Source of the DNA: Catajapyx aquilonaris
Taxonomy: Eukaryota
DNA length: 32,055 nt
Direction: 5' to 3'
Assembly (NCBI GenBank): GCA_000934665.2
Contig: JYFJ02004449.1
Coordinates: 1 to 32,055, forward strand
The notes under the pieces are model-generated. The model searched no databases and was not told where the DNA came from. It was given only the letters and a program-made list of their open reading frames with translations. This document shows, piece by piece, positions 10,207 to 24,449 of the stretch. The position numbers and the translations under genes were made by a program. The number at the start of each line of letters is the position of its first letter. The first letter of the stretch is position 1.

Positions 10207-12273
10207 TCACTTGTGACGGACCGTGACTCTCAGGTGGGTCACCGGAATGTCCCTGTCCCCCCATCCCCAGACAGGTGTCCCATCTCCGGATCGGAGAGCC
10301 TTCCTTTGGACAGCATCCTGAGGCACAGTCTTGAGGTCATAGGCCCATCCGATAGAGGAGAAGAAGTCGATCAGCAGAGAGCTCAGATTAGTCCGATACG
10401 GTCCCAGCTCAGAAGCCCGATAGTCCCATGGAAACGTGTGGTGATAATTGTGCCAGCCTTCGCCGTGAGTCATCAAAGTCACTAATAGGTTCTGCACAGC
10501 ACTGGCGTTCCTGAAACCAGGAGGAACAATGAAATCATAATTAAATACAAGGCAATCAGTGCGTGGATTAATAACTACTTTCTTTTTTTTTTAACGCTTC
10601 GACACCTCTGCAGTGCTCTCCTTTAATATTGTAATTGACGTGTTTGGAGAAAATGATTTGTGCCAATTCAACAGCATCATTTTTTTACCGTATCCCTTTT
10701 CCTTTCTAGCGAGCTATAGCCTCTGCAAAAAAGGGCTATAAGAAACTTTCATTAGTGAATGTTGGAGGCACGTTATCCGTTTTAAGCCGTCGGATGTGAC
10801 CTGCTAAAAATACATTCATGATATTAGTTGCAATAAGTGACATAGCCTCTCACCCAAAACTCAAGCCTGTTTTTACCTTAATATAGCCATTTGCTATACT
10901 TACTTGTCGTACGGCCTGTCACCCCACAAGTGAGCAAAGCTGTTGACACACCACGTGATGTGCAGACTGAGCAAGTACCGGTACTGACCAGTGATGAACC
11001 AGCTCACCCAGAAATTCTCGTCCAAAAAGAGCCAAGGAATCATTACAGGTATCACTATTCCTGCCAAGATCACCAACGGGATGTAGTGCCTGAAAAGCAA
11101 TAAGTAATGAATACTTATTATAAGTCCAATATTGATAAATAAAAGTAAACAATAACAGCATCAATGCAAATAATACGAGCCAAGCGAGGGTTTTTCTAGT
11201 ATTAAAAATAATGGAGAAAATAATTCAACAAAATATTTTCATGTATCAATTAATGATTAATTAATTAATTAATTAATTAATTATGGAATCCCTTTTACCT
11301 TTTTTGAAACATGACGACGGAATCTTTTTCCAGGTCGGACAAGTCCACTGTCTTCCCTTTTTCCTTGACATCCGGATGCTTCCGGACCAGTAGCCATCCC
11401 ATGTGTGCGAAGAAGAAACCTCTCTTGATGTTATGTGGGTCTGCATCCGTTTCCGCATACTTATGGTGAACCCTGTGATCTCGGCACCATTCATAGATGC
11501 AGTTCTGCGGAAAGAGGAAAGCCTATAGTGACCTTTTACAAACATGTATCTAAGCTACTGAATCAGACACCCGGTTTTATGAATGTCGCACCTGTATGGC
11601 TGCCGTTTGAAAGTAACAGAGGAGTATCCTGAGAGGAAGCTTGGCCTTGTATGCTCTGTGTGCCCATAGCCGATGGGTACCAGCGCCGACGGCAAATCCG
11701 ACCATATGGCCATACCAGCTTGCTAAAAAGATCAGAAAAAAATTGCACAATTATTCAAAACATGCTTATTGGATCATGTAGCCCAAATACACCGATTTTT
11801 TTCATAAGGTCCTAATGTTACTTTTTTGTTAAGTGATTACGCGCGTTGAATATCGCATGTTACAATCACCCTTCAGCGGTTGAAAATCATGTTTTAAGGT
11901 TGCGATTACAAATTGCACTGGCTTCGAAAGAAAAACCGTCACGAACGATCGAATATCACGCGATTTTAAACCGGATCTGCATTAGGGTTAGTTGGATAGT
12001 AATTTGCAGACTGGTGTCAGTATGATGTTTGATGCTTTCATTAACAGTGTGTTCGCATGTACTACACACATACTGGTCATACCATATGCGCATAGTCTTA
12101 CCGAAGAGGAACGAAACCAGCCTGCATTGGCCTGTCAGAAGTAGGAAGAGTCCATAGAGGCCTCCAGCATGAATGATTAGGAACAACACCACGTTTCGCC
12201 ATACTATTCGTCTCTCATATCCAACATTGTTGTCCGGATTGGTAGATTGTTGCTCCGGAGACGAGGACATCAT
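10207..12273 (-). CDS. Integral-membrane acyl-CoA desaturase (Delta9/Delta11 'first desaturase' family), paralog A; 5 coding exons, 332 aa
   Basis: Exons 12273-12102, 11722-11592, 11504-11299, 11089-10904, 10510-10207 (TGA); 999 nt, GT-AG, phases consistent. His boxes HRLWAH, HRVHH, HNYHH; also VWRN, DADPHN, VNSFAH, GEGWHNYHHTFPWDY and C-terminal WGWGD. Confidence 0.95.
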
Positions 12274-15200
12274 CTGCAATAATAAAAATGGAATTAGGAA
12301 AAAAAATATGACAAAAAAATTAGGAAAATTCTCCCCAAATATTTCCGATGCTTCCAAACATTTTCGCATGGGCAAATTTCTGGGAGAGTTTCATGCACTC
12401 AATGCAATGCAGATGGCTACTGATTAAATCGCTATATTTTTTGTGCAAATTTTTGTTTTTGTTTCATTACTGAATGATTCTATCAAGGAACCTTTCTTAC
12501 AATTCTGCTCATATACACCGTATATTTTTCTCTGCTCGAAAAGTATGTACAGTAAGTAGAATTTGCAAAGTTTAAGTAACTGTGGATGCGTGGTAAATCC
12601 TCGTCGCCCTCACGTACCTTCGTAATGACACTATAATTTAACAATATTGGTCCAATCGAGATTAACCGCATGCTTCATAGTTGAGCAGATTTTTCGAAAG
12701 TTTAAACTGCCATTTTTGTGCATGAGTAGTTCACGTACAATGCAATGACGCATGTTCGTCTCGTTATAATTAGGTAAAAAAAGGGCCACTGCCGGGAAAC
12801 CAAGCTCCGTATTGCAAAATCGTGACCGCGATCGGTGGCACCCGATAAGACGTGACCTTTGACACCTATTATTTCTCCCTGCGAAATGGAACTGGATGTG
12901 TAACAAAAGAAGAACCAACCGGGTAACAACTACTTTCGTGGGCAATGTTCCGTGCACTTGTAGCCCATTCGGGTTTTACTCTGCGTAGTATGTAGAACAA
13001 GTGTCCCGTTTCAGGTCACGTGTACATGATTAGGCGGATGTACTTATCAGTAAACGTTTAAAAAAATGATTTTCACTCGGTGTTGTCTGCACTTATCCGA
13101 TTGTGACACGGGTGTTTTGTAAAATACCGTACCAATTTTCGTGTCAGCTGGTGCTGCAACAGCTTCAGGGCGATGTACAGGATGTTGCATTGTTCCAGTC
13201 CTCGGTTCAAAAGAGGAATCGGTATAATTGCCTCTTAAATTTTTAACAATTAGTGCGTTGCATGAGATGGAAGTGTCGCCATAGATAGAACGAGGCTTCA
13301 AAGACTAAATGCCACATCTACATACAATCCCACTAATTCATCCAATAAATTTATTTTAATCATTATGAAACACCACGCGTAACTTGCAATAAAAATAAAA
13401 TCATGTTGGAAAAGTACATACACGCGTATGAAAAAAGATAACTGTTGTATTTCTATAACAGTGGCTTATACAAAAAGGAAGCAGGTAGAGAAAGTGAAGC
13501 CGGAAGTATACCCATATGTATAGCATCCAGAAATTCCATTTATTACCATTATGAACATGTAATATAGTGAGCAGGTCAGTAACATTAATTCCCAGAATAT
13601 TCACATGTTTATGACATGTTTTTAAGATAGACAAATAAATTACTTGAGCAATTATTGCTGGAGAAAATATTTTATGAGTAGTCATCTGGACATGTACTAT
13701 AATTTCGATGACTTGCACGAAATATCATTAGAGTACCACATAAACTTTTTTTTTAATGTAGCTGCTCAAGGCGATATGGTTCAATGGATTTGTTACTCCT
13801 CTTCCTCCACAATTCCACGGTAGAGTACGCTATAGCAGTAAAAGGGTTAAAAATAGGCTAACAGAGATATAATAGTGGAAAGTGGAAAAAGTGTTTAAAA
13901 AAATAGAAAGTGAATTTTTTGTCCATACTGAGAGTGTAACAGCATGTGCCGTTTATAAAATATATCAATATAGAAACGAAATATTATCTTCATCAACACT
14001 ATTGCAACTTTCAGCACTATTTAGGAGGGAAAGCCTTGCTCTACATGTATTATTTTAATAGATAGTAAGCATGTGCCGTTATTCACAAGACTGCATGTGC
14101 TGCAAAACAGTCCATGTTACACCCACGTATGTAAAGCAGTGTCATGAGCTGCTACTCTGTCTGGACATTGATTACAAGCCTCAGCAAAAAAAAAAAGATG
14201 TAATAAAACTAGTCTACTCGTTCCTGTCTCCTGTCGTTTGCACGGGATTTACCATAACAGTTGTTTCACCCAGTCCCGCCCGATCCTGACCACCTTACAT
14301 GACCACATATTGCAAGTATGTATGCCAGTTACTCATACGAAGATCAGTGCACAAAAATTTATGAAATGATATGCTAGCGTCAGATTTTTAAAAGCAGCAG
14401 TAGTTATTCGAGGAGCTGAATTTTCTATCCGGATTTTCACTACTCCTGCATGGTGCAGATGAAGATTATATTTAAGAAATGTATTGAGTTCATATATCAA
14501 GCACAACACACTTTAGACAAATGCGCATCCTGTGCTTTATGTGAAGACGCAATATGTCCACTTTTCTAACAGGAAATGAAATAACGCTATAGATTCATCA
14601 TGAGATCGTGAGATGAGATTCACACTGGTGGATATTTATATTTTGAAGGTGCATTATCCCCTTTTAAATAATCTTCCCTGGTCGGAAACTGTACGTGCTC
14701 TACCTGAAAACTGACCTGGAAATTCGTTTGCCTAATTAGTCAAGGACTATAACACACAAGGAGTATACGGCAACTAAATTTCTACCGATTCCGAAAACTT
14801 AGGCATTTTAACGAGTTTGTTGCACTGATTAGTTTTTTTGTTTACGTAGAGGCTAAAAACCAGAATTTGCACGCACTACTTGACACAACACAAATATTGT
14901 AGCATAATATACAAAGACCTGAAATGAAGAGTCACATTTCAATATTGCATTACTATTTTGTAATATAATTTCAATTCTACTTGATCAGTATTCTGCTACA
15001 GATCTATTTCTACATACAGTATTCCAATAGGATCATTTAAAAAACGTGTCTCAAAACCATTTCGCTGTGACTGATCATTCTTCTTTTCATCACATACTGT
15101 AGCCTATACAGTACAGGAAAGACGACAAGCACCGACAATAAAAAGTTAATCGAGAAAGTGCGTGCCTATATTTCCAACTTTTAAAATACCATCCAGCTTC

Positions 15201-16967
15201 TGTAATAATTGAAATACTGTCATTTTGTTAATGATATCCGCCACGAACTTCCTGCCAGCACCCAATTTATAATTTTCTAGTTTAAAAATTATCCACCGTC
15301 AAACTTGCCTGAGTAATAGTCGCTCTTGTCCACGTCCTTGGATATAATCAGTCACACTTTACACCCGGTTGTCCTGCTCTGTACTCGGCTGTAAATCCTC
15401 CTCAACTAGAATCTCACGTTGTCCTAAAGCCACGCTTCCAAGCCGCTTGCTTCTCCCATTGAGCTCCCTCTGCTAAGTGTGCCAGCCAATAAGTAACCAG
15501 TGACGCATTTTTTTAAAAAAAAAATCTTATCAGCAGTAGGTGTGGACCCAGTTATAGCATAACGGGATATGATTGGAGGGGTCGAAAATGTAATTTTCTG
15601 CATTTATGTGCAAATTTGAGTAGTCGTGTTCGGGTTGACCTCCCAAATGTGCTCAACATGTGTGTGTGTGACATAAGGAAGCAACAAGTTTAACATGGCG
15701 TTAAATTAACACCAGGTTTATTATCCATTGGTTTTTAAACGGCGTGAAATTGATTGTTGGCTTCCGATTCGAGTCGTTTTTACATGACCGGATAGAGTGC
15801 AATGGTCGGGGTGCGAATAGGGTCACATTGGTTGACATGTGAAGCCATTGTTGTCTCTTTATTCGTGGAATTAATTAGGAAAAGTTTTGCGTGTGTAACT
15901 CGGGTGGTTGGCGAAAGGTGTAGCTAACGATGAGACAATATTCGTGGTCCGGATGTGGTAAACAAGAATAGAATTTGCATAGACGTTTTTACGAGTCAGG
16001 AATGTCTCAGGATGTACTCTCAGGTGGAGCATGGGACATATTTCGTAATTAATACTCATTGGCTGTAAATGAAGGCTAAGCACCGAACCTTGGATCAAAA
16101 AAACTGATAATGATATGTCATGTGAGAGAATTGTATGAGAAAAATGAATGAAAAAAAATATATGTCCCGAGTCTGAACCTAACAAGTGAGCAAGACATAC
16201 GCATTTAGGTGTTATTCCCTGTGTCTAAGAAGTTAATCTGAATTACATTTAGAGACAGACAATTGGCTGCAATATATTAGGCTGAAAGTAATACAAGTTC
16301 AAGAGAAGGGTTCTGCAAACAAGGAGTTCAAACATTGACCTCAGCATCTGCAAGTGAAACAAAAGTAGGTCATCCATCAGGATCTTAATTGGTGAATTAA
16401 TTTGGTAAAGCAAAAAAATGTTAAAGGGAAATTAACATAACATTTATATGATCAGCCTTAAAATAGTAGCATCACAATGAAATAGTGACTGTCAACAATA
16501 TCCATCAACAATTTAACCCCTACGTCACAAAATTATTCGAGTGGAAATATCTTGGAAGTATTTTTTTTTTTTGCTATTAGTACTTATATTGGAAAATAAT
16601 TATTTAATAAAATACAGCTTACTTCCAAGAGGTTTGCAAATTATTTCATTAGTTGACAAAGCACACTGTGTTAATATCAACACTCAACAGGAATAATTAT
16701 CGTTTATGAGAACAACTGAGATATAGTTAATGCTGCATTATTTATGACTTTCAGCTATAATTACACCGAACTATACGGTATATATAAAATCATCACAAAT
16801 TTTTGAGGCGTTTCGTGACATATTTTGGCAAGGGTACACAACCGAAATACTGCTTAGATACATATCACATTAGCATACAAGATTGCATGTAAGATTATTA
16901 TACAAGTTACCATAATATTATTGGTAACTTCCACTGCAATCTTGGAGTATAGTTCAGCCCATCATTT

Positions 16968-18334
16968 TCACCGAGGTTGATTTTTGACCTCAGGAGTGGA
17001 ATATGTTCCATCACCAGTCCTCTTGGCCCTCTTGATGATCATTTCCTCCGGGGCAGACCTGAGATCATAAGCCCAACCTACGGCTGCGAACAAGTCGATG
17101 AGAGCCGTGGTTAAATTGGACGAGTACGGCCCCAGCTCTGACGCCTTGTAGTCCCATGGAAAAGCATGGTGGTAGTTATGCCAACCTTCTCCGCTAGTTA
17201 TCACAGCCACCATGGGGTTCTGCGACGCTCCGAGACTCCTGTGCAAATATAAACCGCGTCAAATAAATAAATTCACATTAACTATATACGGTGCGGTACT
17301 CACTTGTCAAAAGGTCGGTGTCCCCATACGTGAGCTGCGCTGTTCACCAGCCACGTGCCGTGTAGCACTAGCATGTATACCGCCACTTGAAGGAACAAGC
17401 TGTGCAACACTGGCTCGTTGAACAGATTGGAGGTAAGGGCCATTGGGATTATGATGGTGATCAGAGACGTCAGCGGCATGTAGTACCTGTTGAGAGTACT
17501 CGTTGACATACACACATTGTCGGAGATCGTACTAGTTTGGGACACTTAGTATAACCTGTGTTGAAACATGACGACCGGATCATCCTCAAGGTCGCTCACG
17601 TCCACGGTCTTTCCTTTCTCCATTACGTCCGGATGTTTGCGAGTCAACAGCCAGCCCATGTGGGCGAAGAAGAAACCTCGCTTGATGTTATGCGGGTCAG
17701 CGTCTGTCTCGGAGAACTTATGATGCACCCTGTGATCTCGACTCCATACGTAGATCGAGTTCTGGAAGTAATGCGTGGCTCATTTGCATTTTAAACAATT
17801 AAAAATAATTAAATCGTCTGGGGGCCTCTGTTTGTCCGGGGTGAGTCATCAGTAGTGTACAGAAAGGGGAGATACATCATATATGTGAAATATATAGTAC
17901 TACGTTGGCATCCAGTGTTGCCATGATTTGACAATATATTTTTTTCACTCTCGTGAGTTAATTAATATAATCATTACAGTGTCTATAATACTACACCTGT
18001 GCGGCTGCTGTTTGCCAATAGGCCCAAAAAATCCGGAGAGGAAGTCTTGCTTTGTAGGCTCTATGGGCCCATAGACGATGGGCTCCTCCTGTGACTCCCA
18101 TGCCGGATAATATTCCATAGAGAAAGCCTGAAGCAAACGCAACAATCGGTATTATTATTTTTTAATCGTCGACGCGGTCCTGTGACGAGCGGACTTACCG
18201 AGGGCTATTGTTGCAGCTTGGATTTTTCCGGTGAACATGAGATAGAGTCCGTAAAATCCGGAAGAATGCAACAGTACGAATTTCCAAACATTTCTCCAAA
18301 CTAATTGTTGCTCGTACTTTTTATCCATAGTCAT
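16968..18334 (-). CDS. Integral-membrane acyl-CoA desaturase, paralog B; 5 coding exons, 308 aa
   Basis: Exons 18334-18199, 18127-17997, 17761-17556, 17486-17304, 17238-16968 (TGA); 927 nt. Begins MTMDKKYEQQLVWRN. His boxes HRLWAH, HRVHH, HNYHH; TWLVNSAAH; GEGWHNYHHAFPWDY. A splice acceptor sits about 10 nt upstream of the ATG (exon starts at 18344), implying a non-coding first exon. Confidence 0.95.
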
Positions 18335-21300
18335 CCTTAGGCGTCTGAAAAATAAAGTTGTAATTAGACATGCTCGTCATTGCGATTAGTTGCGATTGGC
18401 AAACACGTTTTATTGTGAAAGCACACACTGAAGCCTTTTTTTGGGCAAATATTTATCGATAATTATTACGCAACTCTTTGCTTATTGCTACACTGACAGT
18501 ACGGGCATGAACTTGCATTCCCCCCTTCATGTAAAAAACTGGTTGAAGGACGTAGTTTGATTGTGCCAAAGAAATAAATAAATAGAGTTGGGCCATTATT
18601 TCCAATCCAAGGTGAGGAAGGCCTCACCTTAACTTTTCTCCCCAAACGTTCACGGTGTATTTGCAGAGTCAATAGGTGTTCTAAAAATACACATTTTTAC
18701 ATCGGGAGACCTCAATAGCACTCTCTTTTTTTCCGTCTAAATGGTGCGAAGGTGAACATCGCTGTCACCAAAAAGGAGACCGTCACTTCGAAGGGGGCGT
18801 TTTACCATTTAAGACACTCCGCAGGTGTCCTGCTGTAATGGTCGACGAAGTGTCTATAACAACTGATAGCTTTCCTCCTTTCACCCAGAATCATTGCTCA
18901 TAAATATTCTCATAAAGTTGCTGCAACCTCAGAAGGAAACCGACGTCACAATGGCAAGAATGGCTTTCAACAACATAATCTAGCAATATATTATTGAACT
19001 CTTGCGGCTGTATTCGGTTGCAATAACTATAATAATAAGTTATTAGTGCACTTGTAATATAAGCAGTGTGCATGATAACATCCGAGGATGAATTTGCATT
19101 TTTAAAATGTAGAAATACATGCTGATGCGTGTAATTTGAGCATATCGTGAATTTTGCAATGATCAGAAAATAATTATTTCCCAACTGATGTTGAAATTTG
19201 ACGTCATTATGGCAGAGTAAAAACCGGCAAAAACTTTAATATGGTGCAGTTGCAAAATTTTCTTAGAAAATGAAGGAGTTTTCATAACTTATTTATCGCA
19301 ATTTATCTCCAAAAAACGATTTTGGGTTTTGTCCAGTATATTTCGGATTAAGAAAATTGTGCAAATCGCCTTATAAAAAATGTCAATTTTATATGAAGAA
19401 AATGATGATTTACGAGATATCATTGCATGCTTTTCTCAGTTAGTTCGGGAAGTACCATGAAATTGACATTTTCCCGTCAACACAAGAGGCCTATACGTAT
19501 TACATTGCAGACATTAGGCAAACCTTGAATGTCCATGAATTGCATGCAATGGTTCATACACAGTAAATATTCTGCTGGCGTAACAATAATTATTGTAATG
19601 CGGAAAACAACTTTTGGTGAGATGAAGCGTTAGCATAATCTCTAGGAGAACAACAGAGGCGTTAAAGAAGAGGCAGATAAAAAGGAGCATGTCACGGAAA
19701 AGTAGTTGACTACTCGTAAATCCGGTCTTGTATGACCGTGTTTGATTTATACATTTTCTTTTTTGTTATGGGCAAAATTTTGGGTTGAAGTAAAATTCAT
19801 GTAATTTGGGTCAGTACAGAAGGCAAACACGGTAAGCTTTCGAGTTCAGCTCGTTAGACCGATGAGAGATGTTTATCAGTCGATAACAGTGATTTGGACT
19901 AGCAATCAAGGGTTGAAAATTGCTAGGCACATGAAAACTATCGAATTAAGACTGCCCGATGATTGAAAGGCGGAGAGTGAAATATCACAAACTTTGTTAT
20001 CCGCACATGCGTGTAATTATTCGATCAGGTTCAACACCTTGTAAATCTGAAACTTTCTTACATGTAACTGTTTTGAACACAATTTGAAGTGTATAATTAT
20101 AATGTATTCATTTGATATCCCACAGTAAATACATCACTTCTGAATAATTAATGTGACATGATTTTTCTAAAGTGCAATGTCACATTCGCGAACAAGTTGT
20201 GCAATATTTGCAAACAAGTTGTCTCAAACCTGTTTGGGCTGGCTTCCTGCTCGTTGACTGGAGGTCAAGTGCACTTATTACAGGATTTGAATGTTTAAAA
20301 AATAAATTATTCACGTAGCAAGTTTCGTTCGTTGGCAATGAGGTTGAACATGTAGTATCGAGAGTCTCCGAAACACTACTAGTGAATCTTCCACTCACCT
20401 TCTTGGCTCCTAATGGTCTATTTATGTACACACAAAAGGTGCCACTCGCTGAATCACATACACGACACGCCTCCTCACCAGTGAGTGGAGCTTTGCAAAT
20501 CCTATTTCATCCTTTTCTTAGTTATTATTAGTTTTTGTGTGTGGAGGTTCTTGTGCCATCATGAGGATGAGCAATTGCTGTTGTTTTGTGATCATGGTGT
20601 TCCATTGCCTAACCTAATTTTACGTCAAGAGTAAAAAAAAATTGGACATGATATGATGCACTTTGATTTACTGCATAATATGTAGTATTAACCAGGTTTT
20701 TCTTGCATTTCATATTAAATTCTGTAACTATATTACAAACGACCCAGGATGATGATGCTGTTAGTAGCATTCTGACTCCTTTTCTGTCTCCTTTCCTTAT
20801 TTGTTATGTAGCTATGAGAAAAGCGTAAGTCACTAATTCTTTAACATTTTCTAAAACTCATACTTAATAATGAGGCGAAAGATATCGAGTTGCATGATGT
20901 AATGCTGTAGTATGAAATGACAAAAGTGCAATATATTTTTAACAAAGCAACGTGTCCATCAGAAAGTAAGATTGGCTTCAAAATACAATAGGAGAAATAT
21001 GCAATATTACGTAACGCAGATTTTATTTTTGATTCATTTATCTGTGCAGAGGGAAAATTTTTATATAATTAGTTACAACATCGCCAAGGCTTTTGATTGA
21101 CACATGGGAAACACCACATCACTATCCCTTTGGTTAGTAGGAATTGAGCAACATTAAGCAGTAGTTGCTTATAACATGATTTCTTTTGTACTTAATACGG
21201 TGTGCTCGACCACCGCACACAACGTAATGCCTCATGTTGTTGCACACGGAGCGGCAAAAAAAGGGCGAAAATAATTTATTATTCGTGCCTTCAATGAGTT

Positions 21301-24300
21301 AGAAGAAAAATCCCCGAAGTCTCTGATTTACAATACAAATATGCAGTACTGGCATAAAATACTGTGCATTTAATCTAGACCAGAGTCGTCTTCGTCTTTC
21401 ACACAGCTATAGGACATCTTCTTGATCTCTGGGCAATGCACAAATAAATTATAGCAAATCTTTTCAGGCACACTGGTGCGGTAAAAAAAATGAAGCTTTT
21501 GCGTATGTAGATTTTTATTGCTCATTGGAACCTTCTTCAGCAGCCTGTTACACGGGAAATTTGAAAAAAGTCAATTGTAGGTCAAGTGCGGCAAAAATGA
21601 TAGTTGTCGTAAGACAATATCACAAAGCCTGTTTAACGACCTTTTTCGGATCGAGTTAGTATTCATATGCTAAGGTTATACAGCATGTGTTCTATAGTTT
21701 AAGACATATATTAACCTTAAAAACGTAAAGAATAAATAGTCAGTATCGTAGGTCACAGGCAAGTTCCTAAGCACCGTATGATCAGTTTGCTGGACAATCA
21801 TCCGGTTTTTGAAGCCTCATTACATTGATAATTGCCTTCAAACATGACACATGAAGTATCCGGTCTCTTATATGCCCCTCCACGCGGTCTTGATAATATT
21901 TTATAACAATAAAAAAAATATATTATTCGTGTGTTCTGTCAGAAGTTCCTGAGAATTTCTAAGCTGCAATATTACTCTATGATAGTTGATTTTTTAAGCA
22001 AATATTACTATTCGAATCTCATGTTAATTGAGACTGATAATGTATTTCGCCTCATTATACCGTATATTCGATATGTAACACGATATCAAAGGTCCATAAG
22101 TGTGATATGTTCACAATTCATCATTATGCCTTTATCTGAAGCAAATTGTGAGATTTTATTCGAGGCATCACATGCTAAAATGCAAATTGTTTCTGGACAG
22201 TGTGTCACTTACCGATCACCCAAACAAGTTTGTCCCTTCAGGCGCCATTATTTTCGGAAACTAGTTATATTGGATATCGTTTTATTAGCACAATATATTG
22301 CTCCACCAGGACGCAGCTGTGTAACAGTTTTCTTTGGCGGGGTCAGGTGCCCAAACGTGATATGTCTCTTTTTTTTGTTCCGTTCTCCAACGAGGTGAAG
22401 AAATTTTTGCTGTGTAGGCTCACCGGCGAAAGCTCGACCTATGAGGTTCATTTTCATTGCAGTGCTTGAAAAGCAAGGACCGTAGCCGCATTAGCAGGAT
22501 CCTCACTCTTCACTATATACTCCAGACCAGACTAGGTGAGCCAGTTCAGGTGATGGGACCTGCTGTTACCCTTAGGTCGGCCTTGGAAAACTTTTGTCAT
22601 CGTTTAGATCAGAAGACATACTGGTCAGATTGCAGTGGAAGTTACGTCTTGTTGTGGTCATTAATTCACATTTGTTTGCTTATTAAGGGCTGGTTGGATC
22701 AACTCATATTATTTACATTACATTATGCGATTATCAATAGGCCTACATAACCTGATTTTTTTCCCTCATTTGATTTCTTCAGGTGCACAACCAATTATTT
22801 ATTACACGCATGTTTTACATATATTCTGTTATTATTACCGTGCGATAATTGTTTGTTATTGTTGTTCGTTTATGATGGGTGGTGCCATACTAACATACAG
22901 CTGTAAGGAAGTGAGGGGCAGTATCACAAACGTATTCTCCAGGAGACAATATGTGTAACACATCATGGAAACGTCTGGGAAATTTTCTACGTTTTTTCAC
23001 ATGCTTTCAAAATGTCCTAAATATCCTAGAAGGGCATCAGATATCGGATTACACAAAAAGACAAGATCTAAACATGCTGATATGATAATTTCCTCCATAA
23101 CTAATTTTATGTTTACAATTTTTGATACCGTATGGTGAGAGAAAGGTTTTTATAATCTTCTACAATAAGATCGATACTAAAACTGTTCATCTCTAAATAA
23201 TTACTTCTTTCCCCTTGGTTGGACAGAACAGCATTGCTATAGTTCCGCTCTGAATAACTGAAACTAGGAAACTTACAGTAATAAGTTTCCGCTGGAGAAT
23301 CTTTTCCCATCAGATTCACGTCCGGTTAATTAATAAACTATACCTTCTACAACCAACACAGAGCTCCATATGCTCTTGTCATGAAAATATTAATATCTGA
23401 AATTCACTTTTTCGACACACTGTCTTCTTCCTTCATAACTTTTTCGTTATTATGCAATCGTTTTGCCTATAATACAATGAGAGGTTCGTGATATTTAAAA
23501 GTTCACGCCATCGTGCTCCAGTCTCTCCTTTTCCCTGGAAATAAGCAACGGTATTGTCATCACTTAGGAAGTGCAGTTGGAAATTAGACGCCGTCATCTG
23601 GACTATGCAATATTAACAAATAGTACTATAATTAATAAACATGCACAGCGTCTCAATAGTAATGCTGTGAATGATTACAAAAAAATGTGAAAACTGAAGC
23701 ATTGTAATTAATATTTATTTATTTATTTATTTATTTATTTGTCTACCCCCGTGATGCCCGTTCATTGTAATTAATACTGCTGGCTAATGAATCGACACAC
23801 TTTTTTTTCTCTCTCTCTTCCCGTTAAATGATAAGCTTCACCTAAGAGTACTGTAAAATATTGCTTAAGTGCCGGATGGCCTTAATGCATTCGTATCATG
23901 AGCATTCCCGTCGTTCCAAATCCAAAGAATTGAGATCATCTTTGAAGTTTCAAAAGTGAGGACAGCCCTTCGAATATGGCCTGGAAGAAGTGGAGCGCCT
24001 GGTTACACACCCAAAATATTCATGAGGATATTTTTTTTGTGTGTAAAGGGATTGGGAGACACTATCCTTCGATCCGGTTTCTGTCACGAAACCCGGTCGA
24101 GAAAAGCGGTTTTAAATCTGTCAAGTTCGTTGCAATGCATGGCACCTGCTATTGTACGCGACTATAGAACTAACCAGTTCATGAGACACAGCGGAAGTCA
24201 CCCAACAATTATTAAGGGAAGAGAACACGGTTTGCAATATTCATGATCATGGCCAACGTACAGGGAGAGCTATATGAAATGTTGGAGTGCAATAATTTAT

Positions 24301-24449
24301 TCGTTTTGTAAGCTTGTAAAATAGTATATGATAAGATTTTTATAGATTACCCTTCACTTTCATTCGTGGCAAGTTAACGGATCATATAGCGACCCCAATC
24401 AAACACGGCAATAAAATTTGTACCAAATATTTGCAGATATCCAAACGGG

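Noticed and set aside
11257..11283. (TTAA)n run in desaturase A intron 3
   Set aside because: Ordinary microsatellite.
1486..12273. Functional coupling of the aminopeptidase and desaturases as a pathway cluster
   Set aside because: Adjacency and co-duplication alone do not imply shared function in an animal genome, and I know of no biochemical link.
13836..13851. gcagtaaaagggttaa resembling a piggyBac-type MITE right end
   Set aside because: No matching left end found.
16904..16930. Small palindrome in the desaturase B 3' UTR
   Set aside because: AT-rich 27-mer, too short to assign a function.
19377..19472. 16-bp inverted repeat aaaatgtcaattttat / atgaaattgacatttt
   Set aside because: Short and AT-rich with no TSD; probably an internal fragment of a decayed element.
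21931..22958. Cluster of 69-155-aa ORFs between desaturases B and C
   Set aside because: Several non-ATG starts, low-complexity AT-driven composition, no motif and no consistent splice structure.
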